This document shows, piece after piece, positions 1-12,018 of a stretch of 64,000 bases of DNA (the first letter of the stretch is position 1; every line of letters begins with the position of its first letter). The translations under genes were made by a program, and so were the position numbers. The notes under the pieces were generated by a model. That model saw only the letters and a list, made by a program, of their open reading frames with translations, was not told where the DNA came from and made no database searches. The DNA is from an uncultured delta proteobacterium (GTDB lineage Bacteria > Myxococcota_A > Polyangia > Palsa-1104): positions 211,186 through 275,185 of the forward strand of contig CAWAWS010000007.1 in NCBI GenBank assembly GCA_963785725.1. Reading direction: 5' to 3'.

Positions 1-192
1 GGCCCGCTGACCGGGCTGTCCGACCGCATCGTCGACTTGGTGTCGTCGGGCGAAACCCTACGGCAGCACCGCCTTCGCGAGATCGAGGTCATTCTCGAGG
101 TCACGTCGCGTCTGGTGGTCAACCGCGCCGCCTGGAAGCTGAAGCGCCGTCCGATCGACGCGCTCTTGGCTCGCCTGGCAGACGTCATTTGA
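1..192 (+). CDS. hisG: ATP phosphoribosyltransferase, C-terminal fragment (5' end lies outside the window)
   Basis: Frame 1 reads GPLTGLSDRIVDLVSSGETLRQHRLREIEVILEVTSRLVVNRAAWKLKRRPIDALLARLADVI*. This has the pattern of the short-form HisG C-terminus (IVDLV.TG.TL..N.L......I..S...L..N). TGA at 190-192. Confidence 0.75.
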   Translation, partial: GPLTGLSDRIVDLVSSGETLRQHRLREIEVILEVTSRLVVNRAAWKLKRRPIDALLARLADVI

Positions 193-206
193 TCTAGACT
201 GTTTCC

Positions 207-884
207 GTGGCGGAGCTGCAGATCCACCCGCGCATCGAGCAGCAGGGGATAGGGCGCGAGAAGGCACAAGCGGTGTTGGACACGGCGTTGCCGCGTCTGC
301 AGCCGTTCCGCGATCACGCCGTGCACAGCATGATCGGCGTGCTCGACTGGGACCATCGGCTGCCGTCGAAGCAGCTGACGCTGCGGCTGCACGTCTGTTA
401 CGACGACGCCGGGCGACAGCGCTTCGATCAGGCGTTGCAGCGACGGCGCGAAGAGATCCAGCAGCGCGATCTCTTCCCCGAGTTCGACGTGCCCGACTTC
501 GCCGGCTTGCCCGCGGATGAAGCCTATGACGTCGAGCTCACCGCGCAGCTCGACATCGAGACGATGCGGCTGACGTCGCCGTGGCGTCGCGACGTGCCGG
601 AAGAGGACGCGGCGGCGGCGATCGAGGCGGTGCGCGTTTCCAGCGTCTTCGCCGACGTCAAAAAGCAGGAGCTGGGCCGGCCGCCGGCGCTCGGCGACTT
701 GGAAGCCGTCGCTTGGACGCCGCCGTGCGAATCGGGCCAGAAGCGCTGGACGCTCGACGTCTGGTGGCTGACGGCGTTCGACGGGCGGATTGGCCGCGGC
801 TGGTCGTTCCTCGTCGATCATTCGGCGGCGACGGCGGCCGAGCGCGTCGTGGCGTCGCGGGAGTTTACGGTTCGCGCGGGCTGA
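207..884 (+). CDS. hypothetical protein
   Basis: 225-codon ORF with balanced, non Arg/Ala-skewed composition, unlike the overlapping frames. GTG start with no clear SD. No family recognised. Confidence 0.45.
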   Translation: MAELQIHPRIEQQGIGREKAQAVLDTALPRLQPFRDHAVHSMIGVLDWDHRLPSKQLTLRLHVCYDDAGRQRFDQALQRRREEIQQRDLFPEFDVPDFAGLPADEAYDVELTAQLDIETMRLTSPWRRDVPEEDAAAAIEAVRVSSVFADVKKQELGRPPALGDLEAVAWTPPCESGQKRWTLDVWWLTAFDGRIGRGWSFLVDHSAATAAERVVASREFTVRAG

Positions 885-1147
885 GCGGGCTTCGCCGCCG
901 CGCGTTGACGAAGCGGGTTGGCGCGCACGCAACTTTGTCGCGGAAAACGCGATAAAGGGAGGGCGGATGGGGGGAATTACGCCGAGCCCACCATCCTCCG
1001 GAATCGATCGTCGGCCGGAATGATCGACGACCGGAATCGCCAGCCAAAGTCGATCGTCAAGCCGGATCAGCTCGCCGCAACCGCCGCGCGACCGTGACGA
1101 CTGACGCCCCACTGGCGCGTGGCATTCACCTTGCCTAACTACCACCC

Positions 1148-3126
1148 GTGCGCATCCGCGACCGGCTCGAACGCGTGGTGGACATTCGGCCCGGCGAAGG
1201 CGTCCGCACGATATTGATGTTTTTTACCGTTTTGCTGCTCATCGCGTCCTACACGATGACCAAAGCCGTACGCGACGCGGTCTTCCTCGAGCACTTCGGC
1301 CTCACGCAGCTCAGCTACATGATGATCGGCATCGCGGTCGTCGCCGGCATCTTCGTCAGCGCCTACAAGCGCCTCACCGCCGGCCGCCCGCGCAGCTTGG
1401 TCGCGCTCTTCACCAACAGCATCATCGCGCTCACGCTCGTCGCCATGGCCATCGGCCTCGAGCACGACGTGCAGTGGATTTCGTGGGGCCTCTATTTTTG
1501 GTCCGCCGTCTTCGGCCTCGTCCTCGTCGCCGATTTCTGGCTGCTCGCCAACGACCTCTTCGACGCGCGCGAAGCCAAGCGCCTCTTTCCTATCATCGGC
1601 TCGGGCGCGATCTTGGGCGGCTTCTTTGGCGGTGCGCTCGCCGGCTGGCTCGCCAAGCCGCTGGGCGCGCCGCGCCTCTTGTACCTCGTCGCCGCCGCGC
1701 TCGTCGGCGCCGCGCTCTTGTCGAACGTCGCCTGGCGCTATCGCCGCGCCGACGTGCAGCGCGAGGTCAAGAACGCGCCGCGGGCCAAGCTCTCGGACGG
1801 CTTCGCCATCTTGCGCGAGAACCGCTACGTGCAGCTGATCGCGGGAATCCTTTTGTGCATGACGGTCTGCTACACGATCGTGCAGTGGCAATACAAAGGC
1901 ATCGCCAAGATCCACTTTGGCTCGCACCGCGACGACATGACGGCGTTCTTCGGCACCTTTGCCGCCGTCTTGAACTTGGGGACGTTCGTGCTGCAGGTGC
2001 TGGGCACGCCGCGGCTCTTGCGTCGCTGGGGCGTCGGCTTCGGCCTGCGCGTCTTGCCGAGCGGCATCGGCCTGGGCGCGCTCTTGCTCCTGACGACGGC
2101 CGTGTTGCCGCTGCCGATGCTGGCCGCGGCCGCGACGGCGATGCTGCTCTGCGACGGCTTCCGCTTCTCCGTCGACAAAGCGTCGACCGAGCTGCTCTAC
2201 CTGCCGATCTCGCGCGCCGTGAAAGATCGCGCCAAGCCGTTCATCGACACCTTCGTCGACCGCTTTGCCGGCGCGCTGGCGAGCTTTCTGTGGCTGTTCT
2301 TGACGTTCGTGTTCCACATCGATCGCCCCGATCGCATCGTGTTCGCGTCGCTGTTGACCTTGGCGGTAGCCGCGGTGTGGATGGTGCTCGTCGGCCACGC
2401 GCGTAAAGCCTACGTCGCGGCCTATCGCGAGATGCTGGCGATGTCGCAAAAGGACGCGCCGCTGCCGGCGATCGCGCCGGCGCACGTGGATCGGCGGCTG
2501 CAGGAGCGCGTCATCGCCGAAGTCGGCAAGCTGACGACGAACGACGCGGACGACGACAAGCGGCTGCAGGCGATCGCGCGCCTGGCGCGCAAGACGCCCG
2601 ATCTGGCGCTGCCCGTCGCGCCGCTCGTGCCGGCGCTGCTGCGCGAGGCCGAGCTGGTCCAGCGGCTGGCGCTGGCGCTGCAAGCGGCGACGGCAAATTC
2701 GGACGCGACGAAGCAGCCGAAGTCGCTGTTGGCGAGCCTGCTGCAGGTGCGGCTGCGCGTGGCCTTGCGTCGGCTGTTCGATCTGTTGGCGCTGTCGTAT
2801 CCGGCCGGCGACGTGCGCGCGGCCGAGGCGGCGATCGTGGCCGAGTCCAACGCGGCGCGCGCCGGCGCCCTCGAGCTGCTCGATAACGTCATTCGCGGCG
2901 CGCATCGGCGTCCGCTGCTCGACGCGCTGGAGTCGGTCGTGCTGCCGCGGCGCGGCCCGGCGCCCGATCGTGCGGCGACGCTGGCGGCGCTGTTCGATCT
3001 GCACGAACCGGCGCTGCGTCGCGAGCTGACGAGAGCCGCGCGCGCCGAAGGCGTCGCCATCGCCGACGTCAGCGAGCCCGAGGAAGAGGCCGCCGTCGCC
3101 GACGCCGAGGGCGCGCCGGCGGTGGT

Positions 3127-3130
<4 letters not shown>
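1148..3130 (+). CDS. TLC (ATP:ADP antiporter)-like MFS-type transporter with a C-terminal alpha-helical (HEAT-like) extension
   Basis: The N-terminus IRPGEGVRTILMFFTVLLLIASYTMTKAVRDAVFL resembles the TLC/Npt family start (E..K...M...FF..L..Y...R..KD). About 11-12 hydrophobic segments are followed by a ~220-aa Ala/Leu-rich helical tail. GTG start. Confidence 0.6.
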
Positions 3131-5179
<2,049 letters not shown>

Positions 5180-5287
5180 GGCGTGCTTGTAATATAGGAC
5201 GGGCGGGTTGTCACTGCCCTCGAAAATGGGGCCGATTCCCGCGTGCGAAACGGGTTGCGCGGCGCCGCGGCCGGTCTTAGCGCGGGG

Positions 5288-6403
5288 TCAGCTGGCGGTC
5301 TCGGCCGGCGCGTCAATCGCGTCCGGCTCTTTCTTGACCGCGCGCTTCTTCTTGGCCGGCGATTTCTCGGGCCGCTTCGGCTTGTCGAACGGCTCCAGCT
5401 TCACCGGCCGCCCCTCGTCGATGCTGCGATAGAGCGCGCGAATGATGCGCACGTCGGCGAGCCCTTCGGCGCCCGACGGCGCCGGCTCCTTGCCGTCGAT
5501 GATGCAGCCCGAGAAGTAGGCGATCTCGGTCGCGATCTGATCGCAGGCCTTGAACTTCTTGCGCTTGGTCTTGTTGCCGATGGTGACTTCCTGCCGCCGC
5601 TCGCCACGATACTCGTAGGCGGGATCGAGCGTGAGCGAGCCTTTGGTGCCGATGATCTGGTACCAGCCCGTCGACGCGGCGCCGAAGCTGACCGAGAAGC
5701 TCGCCAGTCGATCGCCGGGAAAACGCAGCGCGGCCACGAGCTGCTCTTCGACGCCGGTGAAGCGCGCGTCGCCGGGTTTCGTGCCGGCCATGCCGATGAC
5801 TTCGGTCGGCTCCTCGCCGAAGATGTAGCGGGCGGCGTTGATGCAGTAGATGCCGATGTCGTAGAGCGCGCCGCCGCCTTCCTGACGCGGATTGAGACGC
5901 ACGTTGTTCTCGGCGACTTGCATCGTGAACGCGCTGTGGAAGATGCGCGGCTCGCCCAACTTCTCGCGGCGCACGAGGTCGACGGCGCGCAAGTTGGACT
6001 CCTCGAAGTGCAAGCGATAGGCGACCATGAGCTTGGCGCCGCCGTTGTTGCAAGCGGCGGTCATGGCGTCGCAGTCTTCCTCGGTGACCGCCATCGGCTT
6101 CTCGACGAGCACGTGGATGCCGTGTTTGGCGGCGCGCTCGGCGAATTCGCGATGTTTGTGGTTGGGCACGACGAGGTAGACGGCGTCGATGTCGCCCGAG
6201 GCGCACAAGTCGTCGAAGCCGTCGTAGCCGAGCGTGCGCTGAACGCCGTAGGTCTTGGCCAGCTTCTTCAGCTTGCGTTCGTCGCCGGAGACGAGCGCCG
6301 TCAGCTCCGAGCTCTTCTTGGCGTGCGCGAACGCGGGCAGCACGGCCGCCTGCGCGAAGTGGCCCTGCCCGACGACCGCGTAGCGGATTTTGCGTTTGGC
6401 CAT
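5288..6403 (-). CDS. Gfo/Idh/MocA family oxidoreductase with a Lys-rich C-terminal tail
   Basis: MAKRKIRYAVVGQGHFAQ Rossmann start and EKPMA motif. ATG at 6403 chosen over the ORF-track start at 6523, whose N-terminal extension looks non-coding. The tail is KPKRPEKSPAKKKRAVKKE. Confidence 0.8.
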   Translation of the reverse strand: MAKRKIRYAVVGQGHFAQAAVLPAFAHAKKSSELTALVSGDERKLKKLAKTYGVQRTLGYDGFDDLCASGDIDAVYLVVPNHKHREFAERAAKHGIHVLVEKPMAVTEEDCDAMTAACNNGGAKLMVAYRLHFEESNLRAVDLVRREKLGEPRIFHSAFTMQVAENNVRLNPRQEGGGALYDIGIYCINAARYIFGEEPTEVIGMAGTKPGDARFTGVEEQLVAALRFPGDRLASFSVSFGAASTGWYQIIGTKGSLTLDPAYEYRGERRQEVTIGNKTKRKKFKACDQIATEIAYFSGCIIDGKEPAPSGAEGLADVRIIRALYRSIDEGRPVKLEPFDKPKRPEKSPAKKKRAVKKEPDAIDAPAETAS

Positions 6404-6599
6404 GCGCGCATCGTACGCCGGGGCGCGTGGGGCGCAAGGCGAGAACTGGCGGGCGCGCCTCCGTGACGATACGGTGTTGATGCACGTGCGCGGCGGGAAC
6501 ACAAGGCTGTCTTCAATCGTCACACCTGCCCGCTACCGAAAATAGTTTACGGGAAGGTCACTTCGTGACTAAGATATGCAACCGTTCGGGGAGGTGACC

Positions 6600-7028
6600 A
6601 TGAAGTCTGTGCTTGGATTAGTAGTGGCAATGATGCTGGTAGCGCCGGGTTGCGGCGACGACACGACGTCGACGACGTCGAACTTCGACTTGTCGGCTAC
6701 GCCGGACTTGACGGCGCCGGTGGCCGGCAAGGACATGACGCCGGTCAAGGCGACGACCTGTGCCGGAGCACTGGGCTGCGTGAGTCAGGGCTGCCTCACG
6801 CTCGGCAGCGAGGCGGCTGACGCGGCGTGCGGCCAGGAGTGCGCGTCGGCCCTCACGGGCGCTGAAGCGGCCGAGTTCAACGCGTTGTTTGAGTGCGTCG
6901 TGACGAATGCTGTCTCGCCCGGAGACGGCGGCAGCACGGTGTTTGACCCGAGCAAGGTCACAATGGTGCTGGCGGGCGCATGCAAGTTGCAATACCTGAA
7001 CTGCATGGGTGTCGGCCTCGACCAGTAA
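6600..7028 (+). CDS. secreted Cys-rich lipoprotein, unknown function
   Basis: MKSVLGLVVAMMLVAPGC signal peptide with a lipobox-like Cys. SD GGGGAGGTG lies upstream of ATG 6600. Several Cys residues in the mature part. Confidence 0.6.
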   Translation: MKSVLGLVVAMMLVAPGCGDDTTSTTSNFDLSATPDLTAPVAGKDMTPVKATTCAGALGCVSQGCLTLGSEAADAACGQECASALTGAEAAEFNALFECVVTNAVSPGDGGSTVFDPSKVTMVLAGACKLQYLNCMGVGLDQ

Positions 7029-7102
7029 GTTCTCGCCACTCGGCGGGGTATGGGCGGCGTCTCAGCGAGGCGCCGCCTTTTCTTTTTGTGGTAAGAGGAT
7101 CC

Positions 7103-7717
7103 ATGCGTACGGCGTTGGTGGCAGTTGTCTTGTTGTGGGTGCGGCTGGCGGTGGCGAGCCCTGACGATCCCAAGGTCAAAGCGAAGGCGCTCTTCGAGTC
7201 GGGAACGGCGCACTATAACCTGACGGAATACAAAGAGGCGCTGGCAGACTTCAAGGGCGCCTATCGCCTGTTTCGCGAGCCGACGTTCCTCTTCAACATC
7301 GCGCAGTGCGAGCGCCAGATGGGCGACTTCGCGACGGCGGCGAGCCAGTATCGCGCGTATCGTCGCGAGTCAGCGAACGCGCCCAACCGCACCAACGTCG
7401 ATGAGCTCATCACCGAGATGGACAAGCAGGCGGCGCTCCACGTCCACGCCGAATCGCAACCGGCCAAGCCAGTCGTCGTCGAACCGAATCTGGCTCCGAC
7501 CATACCGCCGCCGGTGACCACGGCTGCGCCGAGCGAAAGCGCACCGATCTTGATCGCGACCTCGCCGCCGCCACGCAAGCCGATCACGAAGAAGGCTTGG
7601 TTCTGGGCGACCGTCGCCGGTGCCGCCGTTGTCGTTGGTGCCGGCGTCGCTCTGGCCGTCGTGTTCTCCGAGTCTCATGCGCCCACCGCGTCGGTGGGCA
7701 GGATCAACGGAAACTAA
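7103..7717 (+). CDS. signal peptide + short TPR-like domain + Pro-rich linker + C-terminal TM anchor protein
   Basis: SD AAGAGGA before ATG 7103. The sequence AKALFESGTAHYNLTEYKEALADFKGAYRLF...FNIAQCERQMGDF is TPR-like. The C-terminus is PPPRKPITKKAWFWATVAGAAVVVGAGVALAVVF. This is a paralog of 29662-30306. Confidence 0.65.
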   Translation: MRTALVAVVLLWVRLAVASPDDPKVKAKALFESGTAHYNLTEYKEALADFKGAYRLFREPTFLFNIAQCERQMGDFATAASQYRAYRRESANAPNRTNVDELITEMDKQAALHVHAESQPAKPVVVEPNLAPTIPPPVTTAAPSESAPILIATSPPPRKPITKKAWFWATVAGAAVVVGAGVALAVVFSESHAPTASVGRINGN

Positions 7718-9528
7718 TGCGTATCGCTGGATTGCTGCTGTTGTCGTCGCTGGCGGTTGGATGCGGCGGGCCCGCTTGTCGCGATCACACGCTGCTCCTG
7801 AGCTTCTCTTTGGCGAGCGGCGTGAGTGCCGACGCACTGTCGATCACGGTCGACGTAGCGGGTAGCGCCAAGGTTTCGCCGCTCGCCCTCAAGAGCGGCA
7901 CGACCAACGGCACCATCGAGATCGACTTTCCTGGCGGCTATCCGAGCGGCAGCGCTGTCGACGTGAGCATCAGTGCGACGTCTGGCGGCGTCCAGACGGG
8001 CACTGGCAGCAAGTCGGTCACAGCCACCGGAAGCTGCCAGAAGCTGTCGATTACGATCTCAGCAGGTCAACCGAGTAACGCGCAGGATATGACCCTCGCG
8101 GCGGCGGACATGTCGCCGGTCGCCAACAAGCATCAAGGCGACGCTTGCGGTCCGACCGACGTCTGCGACACCGGCAAGTGCATCGATGGCTACTGCTGCA
8201 ACGATACGTGCGGCGGGCAATGCCAAGCTTGCGACGTCGTCGGCAAGCTCGGCATGTGCACGACGACCACGGACGGAATTCCGCACGGCAGTCGTACCGC
8301 GTGCACGGGCAGCGGCACTTGCGGCGGCGCCTGCACGGGCGCGTCGGCGACGGTCTGCACGTACCCGACGACTACCGTCATCTGTGGCGCGGCGTGCGAT
8401 GGCCACTGCGACGGCGCCGGCGGCTGCAGCTCGACCGCCGGCGGCATGTGCCCCAACGGTTTCGCTTGCGGCGCGAGTGGCTGCGACACAACGTGCGCGA
8501 CCGACGGCGATTGCCAGCCCAACTTCCATTGCGCCGCACCGAGCTGCGTGCGTGATGTCGAGAGCGACTGCCTCGATGGCAAGGACAACAACGGCGACGG
8601 CTTGGCCGACTGCCAGGATCCGACTTGCACTTCAATGGTGCAATGTGTCCCAGGCGCTCCCGCCGGTGACGAGCTCGGAATTGAGCAGGCGGCAGGGTCG
8701 ACATGCCCGACCACATTTGGCCTATCGGAAGCGCAAAACCAAGGTCTCAATGCCCCGGCCTGTGATACGAGCGGCTGCGGTTGCAACGCCTATGTCACTT
8801 GCGACGTGTCCTTGGCGATCACGAGCAGCACTTCCTGCTCGCCTCGAACCACGCTTGCTACTCAACGCATCGAGCAGCGAGTCGGAGCTTCCAACACCGA
8901 AGCACCTACGGTTGCACCATGTGCCACGATTCAAACGACCGCAACGAACGGCTTCTTCTTGAACTCGAATAACTATGTCAGCGCTCGGTGCACGGCGACG
9001 GGGACCAAATCACCGACGGCACCTTCCTGGACGGGCAGCGAGACCTTCTGTGCAACGAACCGAACGTCCGCTACTTGCGCTTCATCTGCGCAAGTTTGCG
9101 CGGCGATTCCGCCGGCCGCGTCTCCCATTTGTGTGCGTGTTCCTTCGGCTGCCGCGAGCTGCCCGGCCGGATATACGACGGGCAAAAGCGCGACGTGGTA
9201 CGCGAGCTATATGGATAGTCGCGCGTGCACGTGTGACTGCGATGCCCCGACGAACGGCGCGTGCGGACCGTATGTCGATAACGCCTTCTACAGCGGCAGC
9301 ACTTGCCCTATCCCGACAACTGGCCCCCAGGGATCCTGTGCACTCGAGGTCGGGATGTGTGACGTTACGGGTGGCGAGTACGCCTGGGGATTTTGTATTT
9401 TGTCGAGTAACGAATCTGTGAGCGCTGTTGCCGTCACTGCGGCAGACGTGTCGGGAACCTGCAACACGAAGGTCGATAACAGCGGTACGGCGACGCCGAC
9501 TGAAGGGTCGACGATCTGCTGCCAATAG
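7717..9528 (+). CDS. large Cys-rich secreted lipoprotein
   Basis: MRIAGLLLLSSLAVGC lipobox. The start ATG overlaps the upstream stop (TAATG at 7715-7719). The region GDACGPTDVCDTGKCIDGYCCNDTCGGQCQAC... is dense in Cys. It contains a DCLDGKDNNGDGLADCQDPTC acidic Cys motif. Confidence 0.65.
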   Translation: MRIAGLLLLSSLAVGCGGPACRDHTLLLSFSLASGVSADALSITVDVAGSAKVSPLALKSGTTNGTIEIDFPGGYPSGSAVDVSISATSGGVQTGTGSKSVTATGSCQKLSITISAGQPSNAQDMTLAAADMSPVANKHQGDACGPTDVCDTGKCIDGYCCNDTCGGQCQACDVVGKLGMCTTTTDGIPHGSRTACTGSGTCGGACTGASATVCTYPTTTVICGAACDGHCDGAGGCSSTAGGMCPNGFACGASGCDTTCATDGDCQPNFHCAAPSCVRDVESDCLDGKDNNGDGLADCQDPTCTSMVQCVPGAPAGDELGIEQAAGSTCPTTFGLSEAQNQGLNAPACDTSGCGCNAYVTCDVSLAITSSTSCSPRTTLATQRIEQRVGASNTEAPTVAPCATIQTTATNGFFLNSNNYVSARCTATGTKSPTAPSWTGSETFCATNRTSATCASSAQVCAAIPPAASPICVRVPSAAASCPAGYTTGKSATWYASYMDSRACTCDCDAPTNGACGPYVDNAFYSGSTCPIPTTGPQGSCALEVGMCDVTGGEYAWGFCILSSNESVSAVAVTAADVSGTCNTKVDNSGTATPTEGSTICCQ

Positions 9529-9574
9529 GGGTCTCGGGGTGATTCGCGGCGGCGGCGCATGGCCGTCGCTGCTG

Positions 9575-10726
9575 CTACTGATGCACGCCGCCCAGCTTCT
9601 GCCGCGGCAGCGCGGCCAATTCCCGCAGCTGCTCCTCCAGATGCGCCGGCACCTCCGCGAACACATCCTCGACGAGCGTCCGCAGCTCGGGCGCGCCCAC
9701 GCGCTCCTCCTGCGCCACCGCGTCGCGCACTTCGCCGTCGAGCTCCGCGCGTAACGCCGCGTCGGCCGCTTCGTCGAGCAGCCCCTCGGCCATGAGCCAC
9801 GTTCGGAAGCGCACGATCGGATCGCGCGCCCGCCACTGCTCGGTCACGCGCTCATCGCGATAACGCGACGGATCGTCCGACGACGAATGCGCCGACACGC
9901 GATACGTCAGCGCCTCGACCAGCGTCGGCCCTTCGCCGCGCCGCGCCCGCGCCACCGCGTCACGCACCGTCGAATACACGGCCAACACGTCATTGCCGTC
10001 GCAGCGCACGCCGCGGAAGCCGTAGGCCAACGCCTTGACCGCCATCGTCGGCGCCGCCGTCTGCACCGCGACCGGCGTCGAGATCGCCCACTGGTTGTTC
10101 TGACAGAAGAACACCACCGGCGCCTGATACACGCCCGCGAAGTTGGCCGCGACGTGGAAGTCCTCCTCGCTCGTCGCGCCGTCGCCGAGGCAGCCGAGCA
10201 CGACCGCGTCGTCGCCGCGCAGCTTGGCCGCCATCGCCATGCCGACCGCGTGCGGCAGCTGCGACGCGATGCACGACGACATCGTCACGTACTTCGCGTC
10301 GCGCGTGCCCGGATGACACGGCAGCTGCCGCCCTTTGGCGACGTCGTCGGCGTTGCCGTAAATCTGCGCCACGTAGCTGCGCAGCGGCAGCCCGCGATAG
10401 ATCGCCGCGCCCGCCTCCCGCAACGCCGGCACGATCCAATCGTTCGGCCCGAGCGCCGCCGCTGCGCCGACGACCGCCGCTTCCTGCCCGCGCGCCTCGC
10501 CGTAAAAGCCGATGCGCCCTTGACGCTGCAGCGCCAACAGCCGCTCGTCCATGATGCGGATGAGCTGCATGCCGCGATAAATCCGCCGCCACTCCGCCGC
10601 CGACAGCTGCGGCACGCGACCCGCCTGCGCCACGCCGCGCTCGTCGAGCACTTGAAACAGCGTCAGCTCGCTCGCGTCCGCCGGCACGTCGGCGATCTGC
10701 CCGCGCATGCGCGTCGGGTCGGCCAT
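9575..10726 (-). CDS. 2-oxoacid (branched-chain/pyruvate type) dehydrogenase E1 alpha subunit, second paralog
   Basis: 383 aa starting MADPTRM (ATG 10726, 6 nt after the E2 stop). ThDP motif region GDGATSEEDFHVAANFAGVYQAPVVFFCQNNQWAIST and YRVSAHSSSDDPSRYR. The ORF-track extension to 11233 overlaps E2 and was rejected. Confidence 0.85.
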   Translation of the reverse strand: MADPTRMRGQIADVPADASELTLFQVLDERGVAQAGRVPQLSAAEWRRIYRGMQLIRIMDERLLALQRQGRIGFYGEARGQEAAVVGAAAALGPNDWIVPALREAGAAIYRGLPLRSYVAQIYGNADDVAKGRQLPCHPGTRDAKYVTMSSCIASQLPHAVGMAMAAKLRGDDAVVLGCLGDGATSEEDFHVAANFAGVYQAPVVFFCQNNQWAISTPVAVQTAAPTMAVKALAYGFRGVRCDGNDVLAVYSTVRDAVARARRGEGPTLVEALTYRVSAHSSSDDPSRYRDERVTEQWRARDPIVRFRTWLMAEGLLDEAADAALRAELDGEVRDAVAQEERVGAPELRTLVEDVFAEVPAHLEEQLRELAALPRQKLGGVHQ

Positions 10727-10731
10727 GACGG

Positions 10732-12006
10732 CTAGACCATCTCCATGAACATCAGCGTCGGATCTTCGAGCAGCGAGATGACGTGCACGAGGAACTGCGC
10801 GCCTTCGTAGCCGTCGACGATCCGATGATCGAGCGAGATCGACAGGTTCATGATGTCGCGAATCACGATCTGCCCATCGCGCACGACCGGCGTCGGCTTG
10901 ATCTTGTGCACGCCGAGGATCGCCACTTCCGGGAAGTTGATGATCGGCGTCGCCAACACGCCGCCGAGCGTTCCCAGCGACGAGATCGTGAACGTCGAGC
11001 CGGTCAGATCGTCGCGCGTCGCCTTGCCCGTCTTCGACTTCTCGTTCAGCTCGTCGAGCGTGCGCGCGATATCGAACAGCGAGCGCTGATCGGCATCCTT
11101 GACGACCGGCACGATGAGCCCTTCGGCCGTCGCCGCCGCCACGCCCACGTGGTAGCGCTTGCGCAGCACGATCTCCTGCTTGGCCTCGTCGAGCGTCGAG
11201 TTGACGATGGGGAACTTCTTGAGCCCCGCGCACACCGCCTTGATGATGAACGGCAGGAACGACAGCTTGATGCCGCGCTCTTCGGCCCGCGCTTTAGCCC
11301 GCTTGCGCAGCGCCGTCAGCTCGGTCACGTCGCACTCTTCGACGTAGGTGAAGTGCGCCGCCGTCTGCCGCGAGCGATGCATGTTCTCGGCGATCTTCTT
11401 GCGCACGCCGCGGAAGGGCACGCGCTCGTCGGCCGCATCCGCGTGCGTCGCGATCGGCTGATACGCGCGCGCCGTCGCCACGGCCGGAGCCGTCGCGTGC
11501 GTCGTCGTCGTCGCGCCGCCGTTGCCGGCGAGCCGCACGTCTTCGTGGGTCACGCGGCCGTTCGGCCCGGTGGCGTTCACCGTCGACAAATCGACGCCCA
11601 AGTCGCGCGCCAGCTTGCGCGTCGCCGGCGTCGCCAACACTTTGCCGCCGGCCGGTCGCGCCGGCATGCTGATGACGTTCGACGACTGCGCCGGCGCCGC
11701 ATGCGCGGTGGCAACGACCGGCGCGGCGTGCGGCGCCGCGGCCTTCGCCGGCGCCGCTGCCGTCGCCGACGCCGTCTCCTCGATGACGAGCATGACCGCG
11801 CCCACCGCGCAGATCTTGCCCTCTTCGGCGCGAATTTCCCGGACGATGCCCGCTTTCGGCGACGGAATTTCGACCGTCGCTTTGTCGGTCATGACCTCCA
11901 CCATCGGCTGATCTTCGCGCACGTGATCACCGGGCTTGACGTGCCACTTGACCACTTCGCCTTCGACGACGCCTTCGCCGATGTCGGGGAGCCGAAACTC
12001 GAACAT
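10732..12006 (-). CDS. dihydrolipoamide acyltransferase (E2)
   Basis: Lipoyl domain MFEFRLPDIGEGVVEGEVVKWHV...VMTDKATVEIPS, an Ala/Pro linker, subunit-binding domain VLATPATRKLARDLGVDL, and catalytic LSISLDHRIVDG. Confidence 0.92.
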   Translation of the reverse strand: MFEFRLPDIGEGVVEGEVVKWHVKPGDHVREDQPMVEVMTDKATVEIPSPKAGIVREIRAEEGKICAVGAVMLVIEETASATAAAPAKAAAPHAAPVVATAHAAPAQSSNVISMPARPAGGKVLATPATRKLARDLGVDLSTVNATGPNGRVTHEDVRLAGNGGATTTTHATAPAVATARAYQPIATHADAADERVPFRGVRKKIAENMHRSRQTAAHFTYVEECDVTELTALRKRAKARAEERGIKLSFLPFIIKAVCAGLKKFPIVNSTLDEAKQEIVLRKRYHVGVAAATAEGLIVPVVKDADQRSLFDIARTLDELNEKSKTGKATRDDLTGSTFTISSLGTLGGVLATPIINFPEVAILGVHKIKPTPVVRDGQIVIRDIMNLSISLDHRIVDGYEGAQFLVHVISLLEDPTLMFMEMV

Positions 12007-12018
12007 GGTTACCTCTGA

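Noticed and set aside
9575-11233. 552-aa ORF-track version of the second E1-alpha gene.
   Set aside because: The first ~169 codons overlap the E2 gene in another frame and are Arg-rich nonsense. Homology begins at MADPTRM (ATG 10726), 6 nt after the E2 stop.
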